In this document: positions 47,199-57,374 of the stretch, one piece after another
Numbering within the stretch: position 1 is the stretch's first letter
Layout of the letters: every line of letters starts with the position of its first letter
DNA from: an uncultured Prevotella sp.
GTDB taxonomy: Bacteria; Bacteroidota; Bacteroidia; Bacteroidales; Bacteroidaceae
Reading direction: 5' to 3'
Assembly (NCBI GenBank): GCA_947164965.1
Contig: CAMUYR010000009.1
Span: 8,072-72,071 of the forward strand
Length of the DNA stretch: 64,000 nucleotides
The notes under the pieces: generated by a model
Told to the model about the DNA's origin: nothing
Databases searched by the model: none
What the model saw: only the letters and a program-made list of their open reading frames with translations
Position numbers and translations under genes: made by a program

Positions 47199-48491
47199 CT
47201 TTTCGAAGTTATTGATTTTTTGCATATAGTATCGACGGAAATCGCGCCAGTGGTAATAGGGCGCACAATCAGTGGGGATAGGCAGACGGGCCTCCTGCTC
47301 GTTGAGCAGCACCTTGAAGAGGATATCCTTGTCGTTCTGATGGCTGCGATAGAAGATAAACTGCAGGTTGGAGGCCATAGGGAAGATGTCGGAACACCAC
47401 CAGCCCTTGCCCTCGATCTCTTCAAGATTGCTGGTCTGCAGGTCGTAGCCATTGATGCCTAGCAGGCAGACCAATGGCAACAGAACGGTCTCGTGGCCAA
47501 AGCGCAACTGGACACCGTGACGCGCCAAGTGGATGCAGCTGTCGGCATCGTTGATGATCTTGCGCAGCAAGTGGCGCTGCACGTAGGGATAATCTCCATT
47601 ATTGTTGAGTTTGTAGTGGGCATATTGCGCAAACCATAGGGCATTGTCAATCTGCCACAAGCGATAGAGCTCTTCAGGTTCGAAGATATCGATGAGAAAC
47701 GTGTTCTGATAGAGGTGGGTATTCAGCTGGAAAAGTCCCATCTTCATGAGGTAATAGTTGAAGTCGGTCTCGTCGACAGTCTCCTTCACAATATCCGGAT
47801 TCTTGAAAATCATCTCCATCAGACGGCTGTTGCCCAAGCGGGTGGAGATATACTTGTCGTAGGCTTTCTGTGCCTCAGGCGACAGCTTGGCACGTTTCAG
47901 CACAGGGTCTTGGTGATTCATATACCACATGTGCTGATTGGAGGCCTCTTGGGTTATTTCCAGATTGGGATTGCCCTGTGTCAGTTCTATGAGCTCGGCA
48001 CCCATCGACACGATGCAACGAGGCACAACGGTGCTGCGAGCCTGTATCCAGGCGTTGCCCTCGAATACCTCAGGAAACTGCTGCATCATGTGGCGGGCTA
48101 TCCATTGGTGCTGCATGCGCCCGTATTCAGCCAGCTCACCCCAGCGGTTTTCTGAACTGTTCAGAATGGTTGTCATCTCTCTGAGAACCTTCTTTCCCAT
48201 TGGTGTCAGCTCGTCGATGCGCTCAGCTTGAATCATCATGGCATAGGGAATGTTATAGCCCTTAGGACTGTTGATATAGCGCGAACCGTGACGTCCGTAG
48301 TGGGAGATATAGAAGGGATGCTTGCCCTTAGGAGCAGGCGTCAGCTTGTAGAGACTGTCAGAATAGGTATTGTAGTTGCAGGCTGCAAAGGCAGGATGCT
48401 GCTTGATAATCTCCAAGACAGGCTGAGCATCCAGATGCAGGAAACAGGAGGTGAGAAGGAAGAGGAAAAGATATCTTGTTTTCATCATCAT
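47181..48491 (-). CDS. Exported histidine acid phosphatase (branch 2, MINPP/phytase-like)
   Basis: FYISHYGRHGSR and LRFGHET catalytic motifs; signal peptide. Confidence 0.9.
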   Translation of the reverse strand: MMMKTRYLFLFLLTSCFLHLDAQPVLEIIKQHPAFAACNYNTYSDSLYKLTPAPKGKHPFYISHYGRHGSRYINSPKGYNIPYAMMIQAERIDELTPMGKKVLREMTTILNSSENRWGELAEYGRMQHQWIARHMMQQFPEVFEGNAWIQARSTVVPRCIVSMGAELIELTQGNPNLEITQEASNQHMWYMNHQDPVLKRAKLSPEAQKAYDKYISTRLGNSRLMEMIFKNPDIVKETVDETDFNYYLMKMGLFQLNTHLYQNTFLIDIFEPEELYRLWQIDNALWFAQYAHYKLNNNGDYPYVQRHLLRKIINDADSCIHLARHGVQLRFGHETVLLPLVCLLGINGYDLQTSNLEEIEGKGWWCSDIFPMASNLQFIFYRSHQNDKDILFKVLLNEQEARLPIPTDCAPYYHWRDFRRYYMQKINNFEKKKRLY

Positions 48492-48500
48492 AGGCGTTGG

Positions 48501-49841
48501 TTATTTCTTCTGTTTCTTGGTCTCGTTTTCGTATTTCAGCCGTTCGTAGGCATAGAGCTTACGCAGATAGTAGCGCTTGGCGTCCTGCCAATGGTAATAG
48601 GGGGCACAGTCGGACTCGATAGGCAGACGCGTCTCCTTGCCGTTGAGCAGCACCTTGATGAGGATGTCGTCGTCGTCCATATCCTTACGATAGTGGATGA
48701 CCTGAACGCTGGCACCAAAGGGGGCGATACGGTAGTCGGCCCATCCCTGCTTGTCGAGCTGGTCGAGATCGGCAGTGACGAGTCCGTAGCCATTGAGCTC
48801 CATCAGACAGATGAGCGATGTCAGCATGCCTCGGGTGGTATAGCGCAGATGAACCACAGGATGTCCGATGTTCTTAACGCTGTCGCCCATATGCAGCAGG
48901 TTCCAGAGTGGGGCACGCTGCGAGTAGGCCTGATAGGTACCGTTCAAGGCGAACCGTCCGTAACTGATATAGGTTCTGGCATTGTGGATGCGCCAGTGAC
49001 GATAGATCTCATCAGGCGTGAAGAGGTCGTAAAGTGTCACTTGATCAGCCAACGGCGTGTCCTGAATAGTGTTTGCAACCACGAAGAGCTGGTCACTCAG
49101 TATGATGGGATCGACATGCTTCTTGACATAGTCGGCATCGGTAAATAGCAGGTTCATCAGTCGATCGTCGTCCTTATTGGCCATCCGGAAAGCCTGATAG
49201 CTGGCTTCCGTCTCTTCGTTGTAGCGATCGGCTTCCAGATCCTTATCTCTCACGTACATCCATGCGTCGTTGCTATGTGACGACTTGATGCGCAGGTCCA
49301 TAGGAGTACAGGCTCTTGAGATTTGTATCATGGCTTCCTGCATAGACAGGATGTTGTGATTGCGCACAATGCTGCGGCCATCGACAATGCTGCCTTTGAC
49401 GAAGACTTCAGGAAAGCGGTCGACCATCTGCTGTGCCAGCTGTCGCATCTGCTGGGCACCCTTCTCCGTCAGTTCGCCAACTTTGAGCTTGGCATCCTTG
49501 TAGATTAACTCCAGACGGTGCAGCACGTCCTGACCCAGAGGCGTCAGCTTGTCGAGACTGTCGGCCTTAGCCATTGTCGAAAGAGGACCTGTATAGTCTT
49601 TGGTATTGTCCAGATAGTAGGCTGCCGAGCTGCCGTAATGGGAAATATAAAAGGGCTTCTTGCCATCAGGGACTGGCGTGTCTGTCAGCTGCTCATTAGT
49701 GGGCAGCGAATAGCGTATGCCTGCTGAGCGCTGGGGAATAAGCTCTATTTCCTCCCTTATGCTTTGAGCCGTTGCCGACATACAAATAGCCAGCAACAGA
49801 GGCATTGTCCATTGTCGTATATGTCTTGTTACGTGCATCAT
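48501..49841 (-). CDS. Histidine-phosphatase paralogue lacking the catalytic motifs
   Basis: FYISHYGSSAAY replaces RHGSR; LRYTTRG replaces LRFGHE; shared C-terminal ILIKVLLNGKE...APYYHW. Confidence 0.8.
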   Translation of the reverse strand: MMHVTRHIRQWTMPLLLAICMSATAQSIREEIELIPQRSAGIRYSLPTNEQLTDTPVPDGKKPFYISHYGSSAAYYLDNTKDYTGPLSTMAKADSLDKLTPLGQDVLHRLELIYKDAKLKVGELTEKGAQQMRQLAQQMVDRFPEVFVKGSIVDGRSIVRNHNILSMQEAMIQISRACTPMDLRIKSSHSNDAWMYVRDKDLEADRYNEETEASYQAFRMANKDDDRLMNLLFTDADYVKKHVDPIILSDQLFVVANTIQDTPLADQVTLYDLFTPDEIYRHWRIHNARTYISYGRFALNGTYQAYSQRAPLWNLLHMGDSVKNIGHPVVHLRYTTRGMLTSLICLMELNGYGLVTADLDQLDKQGWADYRIAPFGASVQVIHYRKDMDDDDILIKVLLNGKETRLPIESDCAPYYHWQDAKRYYLRKLYAYERLKYENETKKQKK

Positions 49842-49962
49842 ACGTATTACAATTTGTCTGCAAAGATAATAATAAGTATTCAAAATTCCAAATATAATTG
49901 ACGCTTTGTTTGGCTTTTTATTCGTTTTTTCATACCTTTGCAGCCGAAATCTAAAAAAGACA

Positions 49963-51504
49963 ATGCAGAAATTAGTTGAGTTATATCGTCAATGGAATGG
50001 TGAAGAACCACAGAATGTGCAACAGTTGACAGCTGGTGGCAGCAATCGTGAATATTACCGTATGACCTCGAAGGAGGGGAAGAGTGTGGTAGGTTGCGTG
50101 GGCACCAGTCGTGATGAGAATCATGCCTTTATCTATCTGGCTAAGCATTTTACAGATTGTCAGTTGCCTGTGCCTACGATACTTGCTGTCAGCAACGATG
50201 AATTGCGATACATACAGACAGACTTGGGCTCTGTGTCGCTGTTTGATGCCATACGTGGCGGACGAGAGGCTGGCGGCCGTTATACGCTGAAAGAGCAGGA
50301 GTTGCTGCGTCGTACCATCCGTGAGCTGCCCAGAATCCAGATAGCTGGTGCTGATGGGTTAGACTTTGCCAACTGCTATCCGCAGCCTGCCTTCGACAGC
50401 GATTCTGTGCTCTTCGACCTCAACTATTTCAAATACTGCTTCCTGAAGGCAACGGAGATAGACTTCCATGAGTTGAAGCTTGAGGCTGACTTCCGCTTGC
50501 TGGCGAAAGACCTGACGAATGCCGACGATGCACAGGGGTTCCTCTATCGCGACTTTCAGGCACGCAACGTGATGCTGAATAGCGAGGGTCGTCCGTTCTT
50601 TATTGATTTCCAAGGTGGACGTAAGGGTCCGTACTATTACGACCTGGCGTCGTTCCTCTGGCAGGCGTCAGCCAAGTATCCCTATAAGGTACGTCGAGAA
50701 TTGGTCTATGAATACTATAATGCCATGAAGCAGTTTGCGGAGGTGCCTTCGCCCCATCATTTCGTTGACCGTCTGTCGCTCTTTGTGCTGTTCCGTCAGT
50801 TGCAGGTGTTGGGTGCTTATGGTTTTAGAGGCTATTTCGAACGCAAGCTCCACTTTATCGAGAGTATCCCACCCGCCATGCAGAATATACGTGAGTTGCT
50901 GGACGAGCGCAACTTCCCATATCCTTATCTGACCAGTATTCTGCGCCAGCTGACGGAGATGCCTCGTTTCCAACAGGTTCAGACCACCGTCAGTCGTGCC
51001 GACGGCTATAAGACGACAGATAAGAACCCATATAAGCAACACCCGCAAGATGGACCTGCTACGTTCTCGAAATATGACGCACAGGGTCCGCTGGTGGTCC
51101 GCGTCTTCAGCTTCTCGTTTACGAAGGGTATCCCTGAGGATGAGAGTGGTAATGGTGGTGGTTACGTGTTCGACTGCCGCTCAACCCATAACCCAGGTCG
51201 TTACGAACCATATAAGAAACTGACGGGATTGGACGAGCCTGTTATCCGCTTCTTAGAGGATGACGGAGAGATTCTGACTTTCCTAGACAGCGTCTATAAA
51301 CTGGCTGATGCCCACGTACGCCGCTACATTCAGCGTGGCTTTACCTCACTCATGTTCTGCTTTGGCTGTACGGGTGGGCAGCATCGCTCCGTATATAGCG
51401 CCCAGCATTTGGCAGAGCATATCCACGAGAAATTCGACATTGAGGTGCGTATATGCCATCGTGAACAGAATATTACCCAGACATTAATTCCCCAAAACAA
51501 ATAA
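49963..51504 (+). CDS. APH/AmgK-like sugar phosphotransferase fused to a RapZ C-terminal domain
   Basis: GSNREYYR, RDFQARN, IDFQGGR; then FDCRS..NPG, FGCTGGQHRSV. Confidence 0.85.
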   Translation: MQKLVELYRQWNGEEPQNVQQLTAGGSNREYYRMTSKEGKSVVGCVGTSRDENHAFIYLAKHFTDCQLPVPTILAVSNDELRYIQTDLGSVSLFDAIRGGREAGGRYTLKEQELLRRTIRELPRIQIAGADGLDFANCYPQPAFDSDSVLFDLNYFKYCFLKATEIDFHELKLEADFRLLAKDLTNADDAQGFLYRDFQARNVMLNSEGRPFFIDFQGGRKGPYYYDLASFLWQASAKYPYKVRRELVYEYYNAMKQFAEVPSPHHFVDRLSLFVLFRQLQVLGAYGFRGYFERKLHFIESIPPAMQNIRELLDERNFPYPYLTSILRQLTEMPRFQQVQTTVSRADGYKTTDKNPYKQHPQDGPATFSKYDAQGPLVVRVFSFSFTKGIPEDESGNGGGYVFDCRSTHNPGRYEPYKKLTGLDEPVIRFLEDDGEILTFLDSVYKLADAHVRRYIQRGFTSLMFCFGCTGGQHRSVYSAQHLAEHIHEKFDIEVRICHREQNITQTLIPQNK

Positions 51505-51509
51505 ATATT

Positions 51510-51755
51510 ATGACTCAAGACGAACGCTGGCATTGGCATTATGATCAGATTATGTTCTTCATGCGAAAGAATCGTCGTTGCCCCTCTAAGTATTACGCAG
51601 AGGATATTGCTATGCACAACTGGATAAAATATAATAAGAAGGTATATCATAAAGGACTGCTTCCTGCAGACAGAGTAAAGAAATTTGAAACTCTGCTGAA
51701 GAAAGCAGCCCAGTATCGTCGAATTAATCAGTTCCAGTATTTAGAGGAACAGTAA
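51510..51755 (+). CDS. Stand-alone helicase-associated (HA) domain protein
   Basis: W...Y..I..F.....R.PS ... NW.KYNK ... L..DRVK.F..L pattern. Confidence 0.6.
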   Translation: MTQDERWHWHYDQIMFFMRKNRRCPSKYYAEDIAMHNWIKYNKKVYHKGLLPADRVKKFETLLKKAAQYRRINQFQYLEEQ

Positions 51756-51765
51756 GGCGTGGTGA

Positions 51766-54234
51766 TTATTTCACCAGCACCTTCTGTGACTGTCCATTAT
51801 CGTAAACAATGATGTTTACGCCCTTTTGCAGTGCCTTCTGCTGAACACCCTGCAGGTTGTAGATAGCTTTGACATTCTGTCCTTCAACAAACATCTCTTT
51901 GATGCCTGATGATACACCAACGATGGGGCTGATTGCTAACTGCTTGCAGTTGGGCATATCCAGAGTTAGGGTAGCACCAGTCTCCTCGCTTTCTGAACCG
52001 TCCTTCACAATCTTCCAGCCCTTTACTTCCTGGCCTTCCTCAGCAACACCACTCAGTTGGATGCTGCGGCCTGCGAAGAATTTACCGTCGAAAGTGTTCT
52101 TTGACAACTTGATGTCGTTGAAGGTGATAGCTACATTCTGATTCTCCTTATTGATGGTCAGAGGAATGGCGGTGCCGAGTTTCCACTGATTGCCAATGAA
52201 ATTGTAGAAGTAATCTGTGCGAGATTTGTAGGTGGTACTTTGGCCCCAGCCTTGTTCGGTATATCCTGTGAGCCATTTCTTGGCATTTTCGAATTTGTCC
52301 TCAATGTCCTTACGGTTATCGGGCTTACCCCACCATCCACCACCGCTATTGTACTTGTCGCGATGAGCAACGAATTCCTCCATAGCTTCTGCCTTGATGA
52401 GGTCTATTATCTCGCCAGTACCTTTTCCGTTCATGAAGTCACCCATGAAGATACAGCTCTTATCAAGGAACATATCCAACAGGTCCTTGTCTTCCAGCAT
52501 GTTCTTGAGCAGACGGGTTGCAGGCTCGGTGAAGGCCCAGTTGTCATTAGGATATTTGTTGGGATTGTAAAGCAGATCGATTGTATTGTAGTCGGACTTT
52601 CTGCCATAGAGTCCAAGTCCGAAGTCAGTATCCTTCACGATAACGCGCCAGATCTTGGGCAGGCCTGAATCCTTGTCGTCATCGTTGGGACGCCAGAATA
52701 CGGTGTTGTTACCAGGCCAGTCGATATTGCCATAAAAGAGATTCATGACTACGATGTTCATATATTCGTTGACATCCATCCACTTCTCGTATTCAGCTTT
52801 GGTGTGGCCCTTTTCGCTGTAGAAAGCCTTGAAGTCATTATAGAATTTATCGTCGCCTTCTTTCAGCTCCTCTTCAAACAGATTGACGCCATTGACTTGC
52901 TCGTGTCCGATCTCAATCATGTCGAGATCCTCAAGACCATTGTAGTTGCTGTAGATGTTGTCTTCGTTGGAACGCTCGCGAATGTTAAGCATACCCATAT
53001 ATTCACCATTGATATAGAGAACTGCTGAGTGGCCTGCCTGCCAGTCGAGGTCTGCGTGGCCTGCCATTGTGCGCTGGATGATGAGATCGCGAAAGTAGAG
53101 ATCGCCGAAGTCGTTACCACCATCGCGCAGGGAGAATGACTTGAACTCTGTTATGCCAGGCTTCTGGTCTGGGAAGAACTCGTAAGAGAAACGCTTGTGG
53201 TCAGGGTCAAAGCGCTTGTTGGCATAGAATACCATCGACTTCAGGGCATTCGCACGCGATGCTCCCCCCTGAATACGTGTCTCACCAAGCTGGTTGAAGG
53301 CACTTTCTGCACCCTCAGTGGGGAAGAACTCAATGTTGACAGGACGACGCCAGTCGTGAGTCTTCTTGTCTTCCTTGCTATGATTGTTGGCGAAAAGACC
53401 AATCGATTTGTCGTTCAGATACTTGTCGTTGGTCTGAACAGAGAAGATGGGGAGCGTCATCGTTCTTGGGTGGAAGATATACGACTGAGCAGTAGATACG
53501 GGCGACAGATAGCCGTCGCAGAATACCTTAGCGCGAATCACCGTTGTCTTGTTGATACTGATGGCGCTTGTGTATTTTTTGCTGTCAGTTGTAGGCTCGC
53601 TACCATCGGTGGTATAGGCGATATAGGCACCCTCAGGGGCACCCTCTGGCAGACTCAGTTCGAGGTTGAGCGCTGTATTGCCCACGCGACCCTTCTCGCT
53701 GAATACGGGAGCACCCAGAATGTTCTTTGTGGTCTTGCCGCAGTTCGCCTTACCTGGTGTTGGGGTGAGCTGATAGCCCCATTTGTCTTCACCATCCGTC
53801 TTACGACCGTAGGCGATATCAGGAGCTGGCATCTTCTTCAGAGCTTCATTCAGACTGTCGACGGGCTCCTTGTCATTGCCTTTGAACAGATACACCTGAC
53901 ATCCCTTGCCTGACTCCAAACGGAAATTGGCATGGAGACGATTGTCCTCCTTACCTTCCTTGTCGCAGTAGATGATGGCATAGCCACCAGCAGGAACAGT
54001 CTGGTCTGGCAATTGCCAAGCCTTGCTGGCTTTGTTCTTGTTGCTGATTTTGTAGTCCTTCAGATTGACGCTTTCTGAACCACCATTGTAGAGCTCTACC
54101 CAAGAATCGGGGAATTCTTTGATGTCATCCATGATGCACTCTACATTAGACTGCATGATTTCGTTAATTTTCAGCGTTTGTGCTGATGCGGTTCCACCTA
54201 ACATGGTGGCTACTAAAATTGTGAATAGTTTCAT
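51766..54234 (-). CDS. Secreted CotH-kinase-family protein (LTD + FN3-like + CotH + T9SS-type CTD)
   Basis: INEIM/DSWVELYN, YTTDGSEP, RIQGG.SR, NIDWPGNN, DTDFG, IYNLQG...KGVNII. Confidence 0.85.
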   Translation of the reverse strand: MKLFTILVATMLGGTASAQTLKINEIMQSNVECIMDDIKEFPDSWVELYNGGSESVNLKDYKISNKNKASKAWQLPDQTVPAGGYAIIYCDKEGKEDNRLHANFRLESGKGCQVYLFKGNDKEPVDSLNEALKKMPAPDIAYGRKTDGEDKWGYQLTPTPGKANCGKTTKNILGAPVFSEKGRVGNTALNLELSLPEGAPEGAYIAYTTDGSEPTTDSKKYTSAISINKTTVIRAKVFCDGYLSPVSTAQSYIFHPRTMTLPIFSVQTNDKYLNDKSIGLFANNHSKEDKKTHDWRRPVNIEFFPTEGAESAFNQLGETRIQGGASRANALKSMVFYANKRFDPDHKRFSYEFFPDQKPGITEFKSFSLRDGGNDFGDLYFRDLIIQRTMAGHADLDWQAGHSAVLYINGEYMGMLNIRERSNEDNIYSNYNGLEDLDMIEIGHEQVNGVNLFEEELKEGDDKFYNDFKAFYSEKGHTKAEYEKWMDVNEYMNIVVMNLFYGNIDWPGNNTVFWRPNDDDKDSGLPKIWRVIVKDTDFGLGLYGRKSDYNTIDLLYNPNKYPNDNWAFTEPATRLLKNMLEDKDLLDMFLDKSCIFMGDFMNGKGTGEIIDLIKAEAMEEFVAHRDKYNSGGGWWGKPDNRKDIEDKFENAKKWLTGYTEQGWGQSTTYKSRTDYFYNFIGNQWKLGTAIPLTINKENQNVAITFNDIKLSKNTFDGKFFAGRSIQLSGVAEEGQEVKGWKIVKDGSESEETGATLTLDMPNCKQLAISPIVGVSSGIKEMFVEGQNVKAIYNLQGVQQKALQKGVNIIVYDNGQSQKVLVK

Positions 54235-54342
54235 TTGTTTGGTTATGATTTTGGATTTCTGGCTGCAAAGATATAAAATAATTACGATAGACTATTGATT
54301 ATTGATAAATAATTCGTAACTTTGCAACCCAGAATAAAGAGT

Positions 54343-55101
54343 ATGAAACAAACAATGATATTGGCAGCGGGTCTTGGAACTCGTTTGAAACCACTCACTG
54401 ACACTATGCCTAAAGCGCTGGTGCCTGTTTCTGGAACGCCTTTGCTCGATTTAAACATCCGCAGACTGCAGTCACAGGGGTACGACAGGTTCGTGGTCAA
54501 TATCCACCACTTTGCCCAACAGATTGTCGACTATGTGGCTCAGCAGGACTATGCTCCTCTGGTGCATTTCAGCGACGAGACCACCCAGTTGTTGGAGACG
54601 GGTGGGGGACTGAAGAAGGCACAGCATCTGTTTCGTGACGATGAGCCTATCCTGATTCATAATGTCGATATCTTGGATAATGTCGACTATGCATGGTTCT
54701 CTCGCCAGCATCAGCCAGACGAGGATGCTGTGCTGCTGGTTTCCCGTCGTCAGACCAAGCGATATCTGCTCTTCGACAATGCCATGCATCTCATGGGATG
54801 GAAGAATATAGAGACAGGCGAGATTAAGTCGCCTTTCGAATATGTTCGTCGTACGGGTCTTTCGCAACACGGTGAAGCGCTGAACATGTTTGCGTTCTCT
54901 GGTATCCACAGCTTCTCGCCTCGTCTGTTTCCTCTGATGGATCGTTTTCCTGACAAGTTTAGCATCATCGACTTCTATCTCTCCGTGTGCCATCGCTCGC
55001 ATATCGTAGGATTGGTGAAAGACGATCTCCGTCTGATGGATGTTGGCAAGCTTGATACGCTTCATGAGGCAGAAGATTTTCTGAAATTGATCAATCAATA
55101 A
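54343..55101 (+). CDS. MurU-like sugar-phosphate nucleotidyltransferase
   Basis: ILAAGLGTRLKPLTDTMPKAL, LETGGGLK, DVGK. Confidence 0.85.
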   Translation: MKQTMILAAGLGTRLKPLTDTMPKALVPVSGTPLLDLNIRRLQSQGYDRFVVNIHHFAQQIVDYVAQQDYAPLVHFSDETTQLLETGGGLKKAQHLFRDDEPILIHNVDILDNVDYAWFSRQHQPDEDAVLLVSRRQTKRYLLFDNAMHLMGWKNIETGEIKSPFEYVRRTGLSQHGEALNMFAFSGIHSFSPRLFPLMDRFPDKFSIIDFYLSVCHRSHIVGLVKDDLRLMDVGKLDTLHEAEDFLKLINQ

Positions 55102-55119
55102 ATAAGTAATAGTATTAAG

Positions 55120-56685
55120 ATGCAAAAGATTATTATTCTCGATTTTGGTTCGCAGACTACACAGCTCATAGGCCGTCGTGTTCGCGAGCTCGACACCTTT
55201 TGCGAGATTATGCCCTACAACAAATTCCCCAAGGATGATCCTGAGGTCATTGGTGTCATTCTGAGTGGTTCGCCCTACTCGGTACACGATCCAGAGGCCT
55301 TTCAGGTAGACCTCTCGCAGTTTGTAGGCAAGATTCCCGTATTGGGCATCTGTTATGGCGCTCAGTTTATCTCGCACACTCTGGGAGGAAAGGTGGAAAA
55401 GGCTGACTCTCGCGAGTATGGTCGTGCCAACCTTCAGACAGTTGATACGACGAATCCTCTCTTTAAGGGCTTTGACCAGAACTCGCAGGTGTGGATGTCA
55501 CATGGTGATACCATTACTGCTATTCCCGAAGGCTTTGAGACAATCGCTTCTACGAAAGATGTGAAGCAGGCTGCCTATTGGTCTCCATCTCCCCTTGGAG
55601 AGGGTCGGGGTGAGGCTCCCATTTGGGCTGTTCAGTTTCATCCTGAGGTGTTCCACTCTTTGCAAGGAAAGACCTTGCTGCAGAACTTTGTGGTCGATAT
55701 CTGTGGTTCTCGTCAGGAGTGGAGTGCGGCTTCATTCGTTGACAGCACAGTAGCAGAGTTGAAGGCTCAGCTGGGACAGGATCGCGTCATCCTTGGTCTC
55801 TCAGGAGGTGTTGATTCGTCTGTTGCCGCTGTGTTGCTGAATCGCGCCATTGGTGATCGCCTGACCTGTATCTTCGTCGATCATGGTATGTTGCGTAAGA
55901 ATGAGTTTACGCAGGTGATGGACGACTATCGTTGTCTGGGTTTGAATGTGATTGGTGTCGATGCCTCAGAGAAGTTCTTTGCTGATTTGGCTGGTGTGTC
56001 GGAACCTGAACAGAAGCGTAAGATCATAGGTCGCGACTTTGTGGAGGTGTTTAATGCTGAAGCCAAGAAGATTACTGATGCCAAGTGGCTTGCTCAAGGT
56101 ACTATCTATCCGGACCGTATCGAGTCGCTGAATATTACAGGTAAGGTTATCAAGAGTCACCATAATGTGGGTGGTCTGCCTAAGGAGATGAATCTGCAAC
56201 TCTGTGAACCGCTCAAGTGGTTGTTCAAGGATGAAGTTCGTCGTGTGGGACGTCAGTTGGGTATGCCCGAACACCTCATTACCCGTCATCCGTTCCCAGG
56301 ACCAGGACTGGCTGTCCGTATTCTTGGCGACATCACGCCTGAGAAGGTACGCATCTTGCAGGATGCTGATGATATTTACATTCGTGGCCTTCGTGAGTAC
56401 GTCGACACTGATGGTGAGACATTATATAATAAGGTGTGGCAGGCTGGTGTCGTTTTGCTTTCTACGGTTCGCAGCGTAGGTGTGATGGGCGATGAGCGTA
56501 CTTACGAACATCCTGTGGCCCTGCGTGCTGTGACAAGTACCGATGCTATGACGGCCGACTGGGCACATCTGCCTTATGACTTTATGGCTAAGGTGTCTAA
56601 TGAGATTATTAATAAGGTGCGTGGTGTCAATCGCGTCTGCTACGACATTTCTTCAAAACCACCCGCAACGATTGAGTGGGAATGA
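55120..56685 (+). CDS. guaA: GMP synthase (glutamine-hydrolysing)
   Basis: [43 protein letters not shown]. Confidence 0.98.
   Translation: MQKIIILDFGSQTTQLIGRRVRELDTFCEIMPYNKFPKDDPEVIGVILSGSPYSVHDPEAFQVDLSQFVGKIPVLGICYGAQFISHTLGGKVEKADSREYGRANLQTVDTTNPLFKGFDQNSQVWMSHGDTITAIPEGFETIASTKDVKQAAYWSPSPLGEGRGEAPIWAVQFHPEVFHSLQGKTLLQNFVVDICGSRQEWSAASFVDSTVAELKAQLGQDRVILGLSGGVDSSVAAVLLNRAIGDRLTCIFVDHGMLRKNEFTQVMDDYRCLGLNVIGVDASEKFFADLAGVSEPEQKRKIIGRDFVEVFNAEAKKITDAKWLAQGTIYPDRIESLNITGKVIKSHHNVGGLPKEMNLQLCEPLKWLFKDEVRRVGRQLGMPEHLITRHPFPGPGLAVRILGDITPEKVRILQDADDIYIRGLREYVDTDGETLYNKVWQAGVVLLSTVRSVGVMGDERTYEHPVALRAVTSTDAMTADWAHLPYDFMAKVSNEIINKVRGVNRVCYDISSKPPATIEWE
55583..55616. repeat. CCCTCTCCC/GGGAGAGGG-type palindromic element in frame in guaA
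   Basis: ctccatctccccttggagagggtcggggtgaggc; encodes [12 protein letters not shown]. Confidence 0.75.
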
Positions 56686-56699
56686 TAAACAATTGTGTT

Positions 56700-57338
56700 A
56701 TGACCCCTACAGAACTTAGAAATGAACGGTTGGGCCAGAAGATGGTGAAGCTCATGGAGCGTCGCCACTTCGAGGCTTTTTATTGTGCGACGGCTGAAGA
56801 AGCCAAGCGTAAGGTGAATGAACTGATTGTTGATGGCAGCAGTGTCACCTGGGGTGGTACTATGACTGTTCGCGACTTAGGTATCCCTGAGATGCTAAAG
56901 CAGCGTGGCACCCTGCAGGTGTGGGATCGTGATCTCGTGACCACACCAGAAGAGAAGGAAGAGATGTATCAGCGTGCCTTCCGTGCTGACTACTACCTCT
57001 CGTCAGCCAATGCTGTTACAGAGGATGGCGTCATCGTCAACATTGACGGCAATGGTAATCGTGTGGCTGCTATCACATGGGGACCTAAGCATGTGATTTT
57101 TGTGATAGGTATGAATAAGGTAGCGCAGGATGCTGAGGCTGCTCTCAAGCGTGCTCGTAGCACGGCATCGCCCATCAACGCTGCCCGCTTCGACATTCAG
57201 ACACCTTGTCAGTTGGACGGTCAGTGCCATAATTGTAATTCGCCTCAGAGCATCTGTAACTTCATTCATTTCCTACGTAATTCCAGCAAACCTGATCGTA
57301 TCAAGGTTGTGCTTGTAGGAGAATCTTTGGGATATTAA
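56700..57338 (+). CDS. LUD-domain (lactate utilisation) protein
   Basis: SVTWGGTMT, ADYYLSSANA, NIDGNGNRVAA, VIGMNK. Confidence 0.8.
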   Translation: MTPTELRNERLGQKMVKLMERRHFEAFYCATAEEAKRKVNELIVDGSSVTWGGTMTVRDLGIPEMLKQRGTLQVWDRDLVTTPEEKEEMYQRAFRADYYLSSANAVTEDGVIVNIDGNGNRVAAITWGPKHVIFVIGMNKVAQDAEAALKRARSTASPINAARFDIQTPCQLDGQCHNCNSPQSICNFIHFLRNSSKPDRIKVVLVGESLGY

Positions 57339-57374
57339 AATGAAAAAGCCTCGCATTTGCGGGGCTTCTTCATT
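57339..57374. terminator. Bidirectional terminator
   Basis: aatgaaaaagcctcgc-attt-gcggggcttcttcatt. Confidence 0.75.
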
